From: Octopus sinensis
Taxonomy: Eukaryota
Reading direction: 5' to 3'
Assembly: GCF_006345805.1 (NCBI RefSeq)
Contig: NC_043019.1
Coordinates: forward strand, 32,115,360 to 32,179,359
DNA length: 64,000 nucleotides
Shown: one piece after another, positions 41,344-54,889 of the stretch
How positions within the stretch are numbered: the first letter of the stretch is position 1
Layout: each line of letters opens with the position of its first letter
Notes under the pieces: generated by a model
The model's database searches: none
Told to the model about the DNA's origin: nothing
Seen by the model: the letters and a program-made list of their open reading frames with translations, nothing else
Translations under genes and position numbers: made by a program

Positions 41344-42534
41344 ACGGGTACAACTTAATACACTTTTAATTTTAAAGTAGAGTTATGTTTAATCTTTATC
41401 AATCCACTTATAAAGGTTAGAAACAAAACTATTTTTATCACACCGTATGCAGGTTAACTTCAAAAGCAGGGTCTGTTTACAATATATTGTACAGTGTTCC
41501 TGGTTTTCTGGAAACCAGGTAAGAGATCTGGTTCTGTATTTCTGATATCGATTGTGTGGGCTACAATCGATCCTCTTTCTCCTCTCTTAGAACTTGGTCT
41601 AATACAAATTATGAAAAATCTATTATTATTGTTAAGGTGGCGAGCTGGCGGCATTTCGTCCGTCTTTATGTTTTGAGTTCAAAACCGCCGAGGTCGACTT
41701 TACCTTGCATCCTTTCGGGGTCGATAAAAATACTTGAATTATAAAAGTACAAGGCCTGGAATTTCTGGGAAGGGGCTAGTGGATGATAATAATCCTTTCT
41801 ACAATAGGCACAAGGCCTTGGATTTTGTGGAGAGGGGGATTAGTCAATTACATTGACCCCCCCAATACTCAACTGCTACTTAATTTGTCGACCTCGGTGG
41901 AATTTGAACTCAGAACGTAGCGACGGGTGAAATACCTATTTCTTTACTACACACAAGGGGCTAAACACAGAGAGGACAAACAAGGACAGACAAACGGATT
42001 AAGTCGATTACATCGACCCCAGTGCGTAACTGGTACTTTATTTAATCGACCCCGTAAGGATGAAAGGCAAAGTCGACCTCGGCGGAATTTGAACTCAGAA
42101 CGTAGCGGCAGACGAAATCCGGCTAAGCATTTCGTCCGGCGTGCTAACGATTCTGCCAGCTCGCTGCCTTAATAATAGTAATAATAATAATAATAATAAT
42201 AAATAGTGGATTCGATTCGTCTGACTAAATCCTTTAGGGCGGTACCCCCAGCATGGCTGCACTCGAATGACTGTAACAAGTAAAATGTGAAAGATAAAAG
42301 ATGGAAAAAGATGAAGGAAACGTAAATGAAAACTTGGTGGTGGTTGATGCCGAGGAGATAATAATAATAATAATAAGTGGTGGATGTCTGCTAGTTGTGA
42401 TGGCACAATATTCTGTTGCATGGAAGGGAACAACAAACAGTTCCGGTGAGTCTAGTCTTCAGATGTGACCTTTTACAACTTAGATTGGTATTTACATACA
42501 AGCGTCTTGAATGACAGCTGATTCGCTTGTAAGA

Positions 42535-42568
<34 letters not shown>

Positions 42569-42638
42569 GGAAGGAGAGAGAGAGAGAGAGACATGTATAA
42601 AGACGCGAACACACATATACAGAGACAGATAGCGATAT

Positions 42639-42748
42639 CGTCCGCTTTCCATGCTAGCATGGGTTGGACGGTTTGACTGTGGGCTGGCCATCTGGTTCGT
42701 CAGCCCACAGTCAAACCGTCCAACCCATGCTAGCATGGAAAGCGGACG
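42639..42748. repeat. Perfect 48-bp fold-back of the family C tail
   Basis: 42639-42686 is the exact reverse complement of 42701-42748, with a 14-nt loop. Confidence 0.9.
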
Positions 42749-42776
42749 TTAAACGACGATGATGATATATATATCT

Positions 42777-42920
42777 ATACAATAATATGTTACATTACTC
42801 GATAGTCAAGATAGTCAAGGCTATAGCCAGATAACCGAAGAGATGTCGTGGATTCCCACTTCGGCATCTGAAACTCAGAGTTTTATCTTGACTATCGAGT
42901 AATGTAACATATTATTGTAT
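42777..42920. mobile_element. MITE-like palindromic element
   Basis: ~36-bp perfect inverted repeats tacaataatatgttacattactcgatagtcaagata / tatcttgactatcgagtaatgtaacatattattgta. Confidence 0.75.
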
Positions 42921-42989
42921 TGATAAATTTCCTCTATTTACATAATATTGAGGTCTCTTTCTTTCTTTTGTTATCTTACCGTTTTACCA

Positions 42990-43042
<53 letters not shown>

Positions 43043-43049
<7 letters not shown>

Positions 43050-43490
43050 CATCCCGTAAATAATGCGGGCTTTTATACTTTTATTTTTCAAAATTAAGAT
43101 AAAGTTCTTTTTTTTTTTTTTATCTAAAATATACTCTCCTTCATTTTCTACAATGTTCTTCCATTGATCCGGTAGACTTGCGAGACCCTTCTTCCAAAAT
43201 TCACTTGTCTGTGATGGAAAATACTCCTCCAGTACTGTTCTTACCTCGTCTACAGAATTCATATTTTTTTTCCGTCCAAATAATTTTGAAGACTTCGGAA
43301 TAAATGATAATCGGATGAGGCAATGGTTGGTGGGTGGGGCATCGTTTCCCATTCAAACTGCTCCAGCCTTTCGAATGTCATCCTCGCTGTATGTGGCCGA
43401 ACAATTGTCCTGATGGAAGAACAGCTTACGTCTTGGATCCAGAAAATGGTCGTTTTTCTTCTGGCGCTGACTTGAGCCACTCAAGCTTAC
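43043..43490 (-). pseudogene. Decayed mariner (Tc1/mariner DD34D) transposase, C-terminal part with 3' end
   Basis: Frameshifted translation RPHTARMT...WETMPHPP..IASSDYHLFRSLQNYLDGKK / ...FWKKGLASLPDQWKNIVENEGEYILD matches the mariner HDNARPH, YSPDLAPSDYHLF and GEY motifs. Ends at TA within (TA)n. Confidence 0.85.
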
Positions 43491-45325
43491 TCGCTGTCGG
43501 ATTTCCTGTGTTATCGTTTGGTTACCTCTAACCTAACCCATTACCCCTAACTACCTATTTCTTTATTACCCACAAGGGGCTAAACACAGAGGGGATAAAC
43601 AAGGACAGACATAGGTATTAAGTCGATTATATCGACCCCAGTGCGTAACTGGTACTTAATTTATTGACCCCGAAAGGATGAAAGGCAAAGTCGACCTCGG
43701 CCATCAATTTATCAGCAACAACCACAATCGGTAGCTTTCCCGCCTTTTCTCTGTCCCTTTCCCCCTCTATCTATCTCTCTCTCCTCCCTTCTTTCTTCAT
43801 GCTCCCTCTCCATTACCAGCAATAAACATCATTTTCATCGTGAGCTGCAAGTAGGATGGTGGGGAGTCCTCTGTGGTCGTTTGACTTGCAAGAAATTGCA
43901 ACCCGACCTCTATGTACGAAATCACACTTTGAATTTTTAGTCGAATAAATCGACCCCAATACTTCTTTTTTAAACCGGTACTTATTGTTGGTCTCTTTTG
44001 CTGAACCCCTAAGTTAAGGGGATGTAACGCGTCAAGCGGTGGTGAGGTACACAGAAACACACACACACACATATATATATACACGACGGGCTTCATTCAG
44101 TTTCCAGCTACCAAATCCACTCACAAGGCTTCGGTCGGCCCGAGGCTATAGTAGAAGACACCTGCCCATGGTCTTGTTGTTGTTGTTGTTAAGCAACAAG
44201 ACGGGTAAGGGTGATTAGGTGATGGTCTAGGGCTTAGGGGCAGGAGACCCCAGACCTTGGAAATGAAAACTTTGGTCGTCTTGTTGAAGTCGAGGGCCCT
44301 TCGTTGACGCCCGACACCACTGAGAGGTGGCCCTCGAAGTCGCTGGAAATGGAGATCTCCAAGTCCAAATTCTTGGACAGCTACCCAAGCTCTTCGGCAC
44401 TGGGGTCGATGTAATCGACTTAATCCCTTTGTCTGTCCTTGTTTGTCCCCTCTATGTTTAGCCCCGTGTGGGCAATAAAGAAATAAGAAGACATTTGCCC
44501 AAGGTGCCACGCAGTAGGACTGAACCCGAAACCATGTGGTTGGGGAGAAAAATTTGGCTGAATGATCCTGGCGATACGCTCAACCAGGACCAAACTGGGT
44601 CTTGGAAGCATGCATTCGACAACGTTGTAAATCTCTTCCTCTCTCTCTCTCTCTCTCTCTTTCTGTCGCTCTCATTTTCTATTATTAAGATATTAAATAT
44701 TTTTTAATGAAATAGCAGTGTGGGGACCAGAAGTATTTTGAACTTGGACGGTTTGTACGTAGAGAGCCGGTTATATCTTTTACATTGCTTATATTATTTT
44801 CGTTTCATTTCTATTGCTAAACTAGCCGTTAATAGAGATATTGAAGAAGTATTTATCTAATTATGTTACGCACAGGTCTTTATTTTGTATATATTGTGCG
44901 ATTATGTCTGGGGGTATCCCCCCTTTTCGTAGACGCCGTATATCGTTACAGATAAATATTTAAAAGGTACCGGAAGTACGTTCTCAATCTTGGTTTGCTA
45001 TTGGTGAACTTGATCTTAGGAGTAAATGTGATACATCTATGAGGTTGACCTTTTTATACTCGGCAAGCAAGCAGACAACAGACAGCGACTCCAAGCAAAA
45101 AACGAAACCTATACAACACATACATACATACATACATATATACATACATAGAACACACGCACATATTAATTTCTTCTGCTTTCAGTTATATGTACTTATA
45201 TATTTCTTGATATATATATATATATATAGGGAGAGTTTACGAAGAAAACAACAAAAGACGGAGACAGGCGGTGTAGAAAACAAAACAGATGTATTAGTAT
45301 AATAACGCTCAGGAATATAAAGAGT

Positions 45326-45361
45326 CTTTTACGTTTCGAGCCTATGCTCTTCTGCAGAAAG
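45326..45361 (-). ncRNA. Minimal hammerhead-like motif with variant core (CUGCAGA) in a Penelope-like repeat
   Basis: cttt-CTGCAGA-a-gagc-atag-gctc-GAAA-cg-TA-aaag. Sister copies at 62406-62441 and 62702-62737 (+). Confidence 0.45.
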
Positions 45362-45392
45362 GGACACAGAAAACAAGTGAGAGAAAAAAAAC

Positions 45393-45432
<40 letters not shown>

Positions 45433-45653
45433 GAGTGAGTGCTGAAATGTTCCAAGTTTTGGATAAAAGAAAATACAGGAGGATCAATTTAATTATGATT
45501 GCGTTCAATATATTCCCCTCTCAGATTCACGCACTTATTGCAGCCGTCCTTCAGTTTTTCTAAGCCCTGTAAAAGAACTCGGAAGGTTGCTCCACCAACC
45601 AGGCCCTTTAGCGGCACCCTTTTAGAGCCAGGAACTTTTCAGCACCCCTTGTA

Positions 45654-45709
<56 letters not shown>

Positions 45710-46004
45710 GAAGGTAAAGAATACGCACACCCAATGTTTAGCGTTAGGGTTTTTGTTACGCCGATAACAGGTGGTGTGTGCATTATTTGCCTCCGCCTAT
45801 GTACAGTTATTTTTATATGTGTGTCCGAAATGTTTTACGCTTTGCCGTCCCCCTTAAAATTTCTTTCCTTCTTTGAGCGTCCACCTAATAATATTAGCAA
45901 TACATGTCCCTCAGACTTTTATTGGGTTTTGTGTGTGTGTATTTGATTTTGTCTTATGTTATTGATTATCTATCTATCTACCTGGGGCATACCTCTCTAT
46001 CTAC

Positions 46005-46044
<40 letters not shown>

Positions 46045-46242
46045 TCTATCTATCTATCTATACTGAACTCGGAACCATTCGGTTGGTCATCGTTTCCTTC
46101 ACACGGCCTCGGCTATTGTAGAAGAAAGACACTTGCCCAAGGTGTCACGCTGTGTAAATGAACCCTGAACCATGTTGCTGGGAAGCATATTTTGTTTTTT
46201 ACGACACTGCCATGTCTGCGCTTATACACACACATTCACAAT

Positions 46243-46415
46243 ATAGGCGTAGGAGTGGCTGTGTGGTAAGTAGCTTGCTAACCAACCACATGGTTCCGGG
46301 TTCAGTCTCACTGCGTGGCATCTTGGGCAAGTGTCTTTCTTCTACTATAGCCTCGGGCCGACCAAAGCCTTTGTGAGTGGATTTGGTAGACGGAAACTGA
46401 AAGAAGCCCGTCGTA

Positions 46416-46452
<37 letters not shown>

Positions 46453-46665
46453 GTGTGTTTGTATGTCTGTGTTTGTCCCCCCCCCCAACATCGCTTGATA
46501 ACCGATGCTGGTGTGTTTACGTCCCCGTGACCTAGCGGTTCGGCAAAAGACACCGATAGAATAAGTACTAGGCTTACAAAGAATAAGTTCTGGGGAATCG
46601 ATTTGCTCGACTAAAGGCGGTGCTCCAGCATGGCCACAGTTAAATGACTGAAACAAGTAGAAAGG
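46243..46665 (+). mobile_element. SINE family A, full length
   Basis: Matches the family A consensus. Confidence 0.9.
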
Positions 46666-46696
<31 letters not shown>

Positions 46697-46760
46697 CGCA
46701 CACACGTCTGTGCGTCTGTCTTTGATATAACATACGTGCAAAGTATGTTTGCATGTTTAC

Positions 46761-47340
46761 CCAGTCTGGTCTATTATAGTTTGCAGCAAAAAACAAAAAA
46801 AATTCTCTCGATCTTTTTATGTCCAAACAAAGTAGACTGTTAATGTCCGTTTGTCATGCCTTCTTGTTCAGAGAGAGAGAGAGAAAAGAGATTTCGCTTG
46901 AGATTTCGGCCACTTTTTATTTCTCTTCCTCCTCCTCCTCCTCAGCTTCTTCTCCCCCCAACCTCCTCTTCTTTCGCATCGTTAATGTTTATTCTTTGTT
47001 TACTTCGATGTCCTTCCTTTTCTTCTCGTTTAGCTGTCATCGTTTTTCGTACCTCTTCAAAAACCGAGGCTCGTGTTGAACGAAATAAAAAGCCGGCCGG
47101 CCCGGCCAGCCGAGCTATTCGTTTCGTTTCGTCTCGTCTGGGTTTTGTTATTCCGTTTTTGTGTTGTCTTTTATTTTCTTTTCTTTTCGTGTTCTGTTTC
47201 TTTGTTTTGGATGTTGTATAGTACTAGCCCTGTCGAGCTCTCTTCATCATTCCCTCTCTCCCTCCGTCTCTGTCTCTCCCGCCTTCCCTCTCGCTCTCTC
47301 TTTCCGTTGTCTATATAGCAAAATGGAAAATTAACTCAAG
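46761..47340 (-). promoter_or_regulatory. Possible promoter/first non-coding exon (CpG-richer unique island)
   Basis: Non-repeat, CpG-rich (gccggccggcccggccagccg), GA tracts, TATA-like ctatatag at about 47311-47318, and a possible minus-strand donor GTAAAC at 46760. Confidence 0.25.
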
Positions 47341-47829
47341 TGGGCCGGTAAAATGACGTCTCATAAACGCGTGATGGTTCCGGGTTCAATGCCACTAACC
47401 TGACTCCTTGTGCAAGTATCTTCTACAATAACCTCGAGCCTACCAGAGCCTTGTGGCAGGCGGAAACTGAAAGAAGCCCTTCATATATACGTGTGTGTGT
47501 CTGTGTATGTATGTTGTGCAAGTATCTTCTACAATAACCTCGAGCCTACCAGAGCCTCGTGACAAGCGGAAACTGAAAGAAGCCCTTCATATATACGTGT
47601 GTGTGTGTATGTATGTTTGTACCGTTGTACCTCACCATCACTTGACAACTGTTGCTGGTCTGTTTACGTACCCGCAGTTTAGCGGTTCGGTAAAAAGAGG
47701 CCGATAAAATATGTACCGGGCTTTGGAAACGAATTGTGCTGAGAGTCGATTCGTTTGATTAAAACGCTTCAAGGCGATGGTGCCCCAGCCTGGTCACGGT
47801 CTAATGAGTGAAATAACCAAAATATAAAC

Positions 47830-48215
47830 ATAGGAGTGGCTGTGTGGTAAGTAGCTTGCTAACCAACCACATGGTTCCGGGTTCAGTCCCACTGCGTGGC
47901 ATCTTAGGCAAGTGTCTTCCGCTATAGCCCCGGGCCGACCAATGCCTTGTGAGTGGATTTGGTAGACGGAAACTGAAAGAAGCCTGTCGTGTGTATGTAT
48001 ATGTATATATATATATATGTGTGTATGTTTGTCCCCCTAGCATTGCTTGACAACCGATGCTGGTGTGTTTACGTCCCAGTTACTTAGCGGTTCGGCAAAA
48101 TAGACCGATAGAATAAGTACTAGGCTTACAATGAATAAGTCCCGGGGTCGATTTGCTCGACTAAAGGCGGTGCTCCAGCATGGCCGCAGTCAAATGACTG
48201 AAACAAGTCAAAGAG
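47830..48215 (+). mobile_element. SINE family A, full length
   Basis: Matches the family A consensus. Confidence 0.9.
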
Positions 48216-48609
48216 AAAGAGATACTTACACAAACCCCTCTACACGTGTTATCCACATAAATACGGTCTGTGGAAATATCCTCCAAGCTGAAGTCAAACA
48301 CATTTTTTAGTGGTGCTCGTTGCTGGGCGTAGTTCAATGGCTACTTTTGAAATACTTTAACATGTCATCAGAAAGTACTAGATTTGTAGGTAGGGAGTTA
48401 GTTCTTCGTTTGAAATTTTGGGACGTCTCTTGTCAGTTCCGGTTTCGATCGCCTTTTACTTTCATTTACCTTATCTCTCTTGAAATACACTAACCATTAA
48501 TTAATTATTTCAATTAATTTTTAAGAATAATGAATTTATTGAAATAGCTTTGCTTTAACCCGAACCCTAAATAAATATAAAATGATGGAAAGTTTTGATT
48601 TAGGTCCTT

Positions 48610-49013
48610 GGATCTTTTCGGTTTGAACGGCAGTTTTTCTAGCGGTGTCATATGAAATTGTCACCCATAATTATGACCCTAGTATCGATCTATTGCATTT
48701 CAATCTGTGTTAGGGTTAGGGGTGGGGGGAAGGGTATCTTTTTTTCTTCACAAATGTCAATAAACCCAATCTGTTTCTTAAACGAGGGACATATTCATAC
48801 GGCACAGAATGTTTTTTTTACCTCAATGGACGTCAGTGATTGGTTGAAATTGAAGAAAAAAAAAACACAAATATCTTACAAACTATAGAATTTTCTCAAT
48901 AAAACCAAGAGAAAAAGATGTTTTATAAACACATTCTACCAGTATACGAAGTTTAAAATTCTTTAGTTACTTAGAAATTATGTTAAAAACTGCCGTTCAA
49001 ACCGAAAAGATCC
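48610..49013. mobile_element. Non-autonomous TIR element (29-bp perfect TIRs GGATCTTTTCGGTTTGAACGGCAGTTTTT)
   Basis: Exact inverted termini. Internal motifs (gattggttgaaatt, acacattctaccagt) are shared with a related element ending at about 37692. Confidence 0.8.
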
Positions 49014-49701
49014 CCCTAAATATAAATATAAAATGTTGATGGAAAGTTTCGATTTAGATCCTTTATCGCAGGAAACTCGTATTATAGAGCCAAGGGCGGT
49101 TTCGGGCAGATCGACATTATAGAGGATTAACCCGGTCTTGTACACTACCTACGTAAGAAATCACGCGCGCGTGATTAAGTGGCGGAAACGGAAGTGCCAA
49201 GTTGCTCAGTGTTATTTAGTTATGTCCCTTTACGCCGAAAGTTCAAGTTCTACCAGGGGTGATGACCACACTGTCTTTTCTTCTTCCGGTGTCAGTTGAA
49301 AACTAAGTAGCTGTCAAGTACCCAGGACGATTAAATCGACCACACATCCATTTGTACAACAAACTTTTTATGACAACAGACTTCGGGTTTTTTGTTTTTG
49401 TTTTTTCTTTTCTGCCCAATACAAGCGATCATTATCATAAACCTTATCGTCGTCATAAAACGATTCATTGGCTCTTGACACTTTGGCATTCGGCTCAGTC
49501 CACTTGACAAACTGCTTGTACTACGGCTTTTTGATGGCTCCTTTGTATGTATGTGTGTGTGTGAGAGAGAGAGAGAGAGAGGATTGCCCTTTCTTGTTCC
49601 TTTTACTGACAATGTAAGCCGTAGGCACGGTTGTCTGGAGAAAAAAAAACTCTGAAAAATTTACAATTTTTGCTTGGAAATGGAAAAAAAGATCCATTTT
49701 A

Positions 49702-49928
49702 TTTAACCCTTTCGATACCAACCTGACTGAAACCGCCTCTGACTCTGTAGTGGAAATGTCTTGTTTTCAAAAGTTCTGAATTAAAATCTTCTACCAAACC
49801 TTAGTCACAATTTATGTTCCTAACACTATCTTAATGATAACTTACTTTACTAAATTGTTCGTTATATTTAAAGTAATTGAAAGAACTACAGAGCATCTCA
49901 TAATACATACAGTAACGAAAGGGTTAAA
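49702..49928. mobile_element. piggyBac-like MITE (second family)
   Basis: TTAA-CCCTTTCG...CGAAAGGG-TTAA termini. Confidence 0.75.
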
Positions 49929-52900
49929 TACTATAGACATGCGCTGTCTGGCATTGCTGTGTGGTAAGAAACTGGCAGAATCGTTAGCATACCGGGCGAA
50001 ATGCTTGGCGGTATTTCGTCTGCCGTTACGTTCTGAGTTCAAATTCCGCCGGGTTGACTTTACCTTTCATCCTTTCGGGGTCGATTAAATAAATACCAGT
50101 TACGCACTGGGAGTCGATGTAATCGACTTAATCCGTTTGTCTGTCCTTGTTTGTCCCCTCTGTGGATAGTAGAGAAATAGGTATTTCGTCTGCCGTTACG
50201 CTCTGAGTTCAAATTCCGCCGAGGTCGACTTTGCCTTTCATCCTTTCGGGGTCGATTAAATAAGTACCAGTTACACACTTGGATCGGTAATCGACTTAAT
50301 CCGTTTGTCCTTGTTTGTCTTCTCTATGTTTATGGGCAATAAAGAAATAAGAAGCTTGGTGCACAACCTTGAAAAGTTTTAATCGACCCCAGGATTTTAT
50401 TTTTAACCCTAGTATTTATTCCATCTGTTTTGCCGAACCGCTAAGTTACGGAGACGTAAACACGGTGTCAAGTGGTAGTGGGAGACAAACACAGACAGAA
50501 AGACACACATAACGGCAGGCTTCTTTTAGTTTCCATCTACCAAATCCACTCACAAGGCTTTGGTCGGCCAGAGGCTATAGTAGAAGGCAGTTGACCAAGG
50601 TGCCTCGCAGGGAGACTGAACCCAGAACCATGCGGTTGGTTCAGCAAGCTTCTTACCACACAGTCACGCCTAGAAAAAACTATGTTCCTTTTGTGCATTG
50701 TTTCATGTTACATACATATAACGAAATTATTGGGTTTCACCGTCGTCATATCTGGTTTAACGACACTAAACTGCATGTTAATCGTAAAGGATCCTCGTAT
50801 TTGTTCTTCACTCTGGAGCTCACGAAGGAGTCTGTACACGAAATCGCATCTTGAATAACGAGCGTACATTAAGCCGTGATTAACAATTTGCAGCCCCGTT
50901 GAGATTGTCTTTTTGATCTGTTACGAGGTCATTGTCTTTTTGATCTGTTACGAGGTCAACTGTTACTGTTGTTTAAGCTCGGGTCATTTTCACTTAATAA
51001 AGTAGATCTTCGATCAAAAGCGTTCCAGTCGTGACTAACCCTTTTTAATTTTCAGATATGGTTACATGTATTGTGGCATTACGTTATCCACAGTGTCGTT
51101 CTAGTTTCGAGACTAGCCGGGAAATTCGACTGCTGTTTCTGGCATGTCATGCAACCACTTAGTAGTTTCCTCGGCAAATGATGTCCACCTCTCTCGTCTC
51201 GTTTTCTGACCATTTAGAAAAGAAAAATGTTCAAATCTTTCATTATTTGTAGTGGCCACTTATAAATAAAGGGTGTGTGCGCACGCTTGTTCTTGTTATG
51301 AAGAAGACACGTCTGTGACCACACCCTTTGCCTGATAAGAATCGTTGACTAGAGGTTGAAGACACTCTTGACCATGCTCCTTAGCAATCAGGATTCTTGT
51401 TATATATTTATTATTATTATTATTATTAATATTTAATTATGTGGAGGCGCAATGGCCCAGTGGTTAGGGCAGCGGACTCGTGGTTGTAGGATCGTTGTTT
51501 CGATCGGGCGTTGTGAGAGTTTATTGAGCAAAGACACCTAAAGCTCCACGAGTCTCCGGCAGGGGTTGGTGGCGATCCCTGTTGTACTCTTTCGCCGCAA
51601 CTTTCTCTCACTCTCTCTTCTCTTGGCCTGCGAGGTGGCGTCATTCAAAGGCTAAAACAACGCGAAGCGCATTGTGACCAGCGATGTGTAGCAACATCTG
51701 AAAGCCTGGTCGGTCACGGTGATCACGGTGATTATTTAATTCTAGAGGCTGCGAACTGGCCGGATTAAAGAAAAAGCTTAGCGGCGTTTCGTGTGTTTTT
51801 ACATTTGAGTTCGAATACCGTTGATGTCGACTTTGCCTTTCATACATTTTTTGGAATCGATGAAGAAAAAAAAAAAAAAGAAGTGTCAGTCAAGTATTGG
51901 GGTCGATGAAATTGACTTCCCTTCCTTTCAAAATTCTTGGCCTTGTTCCAGAATTGGGATTATTGTTTTATTATAAAAAGACTGTGGAGTTGGCAGAAGC
52001 GTTAACACGACGAAGCGAAATGTTCAACAGCATTTCTTCTTGCTTTACGTTCTGAGTTCAAATTTCATCGGAGTCGATAAAATAAGAACCTGTCTAGTTA
52101 GTTACTGGGGTCGATATAATCGACTTCCCATCCCTTCAAAATTCCTGGATTTGTTTTAAAAAATTAGAAAGAATCGTTATTTAATTATAAAGGGTAGCGA
52201 GCTGGCGGAATCGTTCACACTTCGGGTAAAACGCTTAGCGGCATTTCGTCTGTCTCCACGTTCTGAGTTCAGAACGTAGAGACGGACGAGAAATGCAGCT
52301 TAGCATTTTGTCAGGCGTGCTAACGCTTTTGCCAGTTCGCCACCCTAAGTCGAGATTCACGGATCAAAGATCAATCAGGGCCGACTTTAGACTAAAGAGT
52401 ATCTATGGGGGGTGGTTTGATTCTAAGCACTTTTTCTTGGCTTACAAAATTATATTTAAAAAACAAAAAATGGAAAATAAAGTGTTAAAATGTTACATCG
52501 ACGGTGGTAGGCTTGGCCATTTGGTTAAGAATCTCGATTTTCGACTTCGTGGTTTTGGGTTCAGTCCCGCCGCGCGGCACCTTAGTGCAAAGTGCCCTCT
52601 ACTATCGATCCGGGCTGACCAGATCGGTTTCGATCGGGTGTTGTGAGTGTTCTTGTGAGTGAATTTGATAGACGGAAACTGGAATCCCATATATATATAT
52701 ATATATATATGTTTGTTTGTTCCATCCATCACCGCTGTACAACCAGTGTTAGTTTATTTACGTCACTTTAGAGTTTCTCAAAAGTGACCGCTGGGATTTT
52801 TTTTTTTTTTTTTTGAAAGAAGTACCAGGGTCGATTCATTCGACTGAAAACCCTTCGGTGCGGTTGCTCTAGCAATGCCGCAGTCCAGTGACTGAAATGA

Positions 52901-53350
52901 GTAACAGACAAAAGATGAAGAATTAGATATTTTGCTGATACATTCGTACTATATAATAAAACGTTTTGAAATTTATTTATTATTATTATTATTATTATTT
53001 CCAAATGTTCTGATGAGTAAAACGTTTTTCTTAGAATTTCTGAATGTTTGAAACAAGGTTGTCTGTGTCATTTCCCCTTCCTTTTCTTTCTTTTTCCCTT
53101 TTTTCTTTTTCTTTGGTTACTGGTTTGAGGCAATGAACTGCGGCCATGCTGTAGCACCACATGCAAACGTTTTTTTTTGGGGGGGGGGTTAGTTTTTTTT
53201 TTGAATAGATTATTTTTAGCGGATCTTTTATTTAGCCAATGACTCGGACCATCTTTGACGTAATGGGATGTAAAACTCAACAAGAAGCTTTTGTTCGACA
53301 AACCGATAAACACGCACATAAAGTAATATCTTATAATAATAATAATAATA

Positions 53351-53387
<37 letters not shown>

Positions 53388-53507
53388 CCAGCAGACGCAT
53401 GATCAAAGGTGGTCCAAAGGCTTTGATGATCATCTTATCTGTCTTTTTTTCTTTTCTGTTCAGCCATAGTGCATCTGCGATTGCATCATCCAATATCTCT
53501 ACCTAGT

Positions 53508-53602
<95 letters not shown>

Positions 53603-54889
53603 GAGTGGTTGTGTGGTTAAGAGCTTGCTTCTCAACTACATGGTTCCGGGTTCAGTCCCACTGCGTAGAACCTTGGGGAAGTGTCTTCTCGAGCCGACCA
53701 AAGCCTTGTGAGTGGATTTGTTAGGCGGGAACTGAAAGAAGGCGGTTGTATAAGTACCATTCCGCCGAGGTCGACTTTGTCTTTCATCCTTTCGGGGTCG
53801 ATTAAATAAGTATCAGTTACGCACTGGAGCCGATTAAATGAGTATCAGTTACGCACTGGGGCCGATGTAATCGACTTAATCCGTTTGTCTGTCCTTGTTT
53901 GTCCCCTCTGTGTTTAGCCCCTTGTGGGTAGTAAAGAAATTGGTTGTATATATATAAATATATTTTTTTTTTGTCTGTTTTTGTTCTCCCACCCCACCCG
54001 GCCACCATCGCTTGACAACCGATGTTGGTGTGTTTACGTCTTCGTAAAGAGAGACCGATGGAATAAGCGCTAGGCTCACAAAGAATAAGTCCTGGGTGGG
54101 GAGACCCGATTTGTTCGGCTAAAGGGCGGTGCTCCAGCATGGCAACAGTCAAATGACTGAAACAAGTAAATGAATAAAAGTAAAATAAAAAAAAACAAAA
54201 AACCAAAACAAACGCATCGTCTTAAAGCCTTGAGAATAACTTACTCATTTCCTCCCATCAGTTTTTGGAGTGAATGGGGGGGGGGGCCCTTGAAAAAAAA
54301 GGGTCATGGCCACTTAAAGCTTTTTTTCCTTTCTGAATGAAGTAATGACGAAAGAAAGGTGTTTGCAGTCTTTAATTATTCCACTTTTTGTATTGTTTCT
54401 CTTGTTGGCATTTTATTTTGTCTTTTATTTTAGCTTTCAAGACACAAATCTTATCTGATGTTTATTACATTAACCTATGTGTCCTTGTGTGTTTGCATAT
54501 TAACGACGGCAATTGTACGATTATAGGAGAAAAGACTTGGTTGATATTTCTGGTCGAACGGCTTTATTGAGGTTCGCTTTTGTAGTTTATTGTTCACTCA
54601 TAAACGTAATCTTCCAGTCCGTCACCCATACATACGTACGTGTGAGCCAGTGTGTATGTATGTATATATATATATATATATATGTATATAAATGCACTTC
54701 CCAGTCAAGTAGTTGAAGTAAATATAAGGTGGTGTGTGTGTGTGTATGCGTTGTTTATAGAGAGAACAAAATATTCACAATGGCGTTCTCTCTCTCACTC
54801 GTTTCTCCTTTCAGTGACTTGCTTTATGTCTTTTTAAATACATTAGAAAGAAAAGAGAGAGTGAGAGAGAGAGAGAAGAATCATTCATG

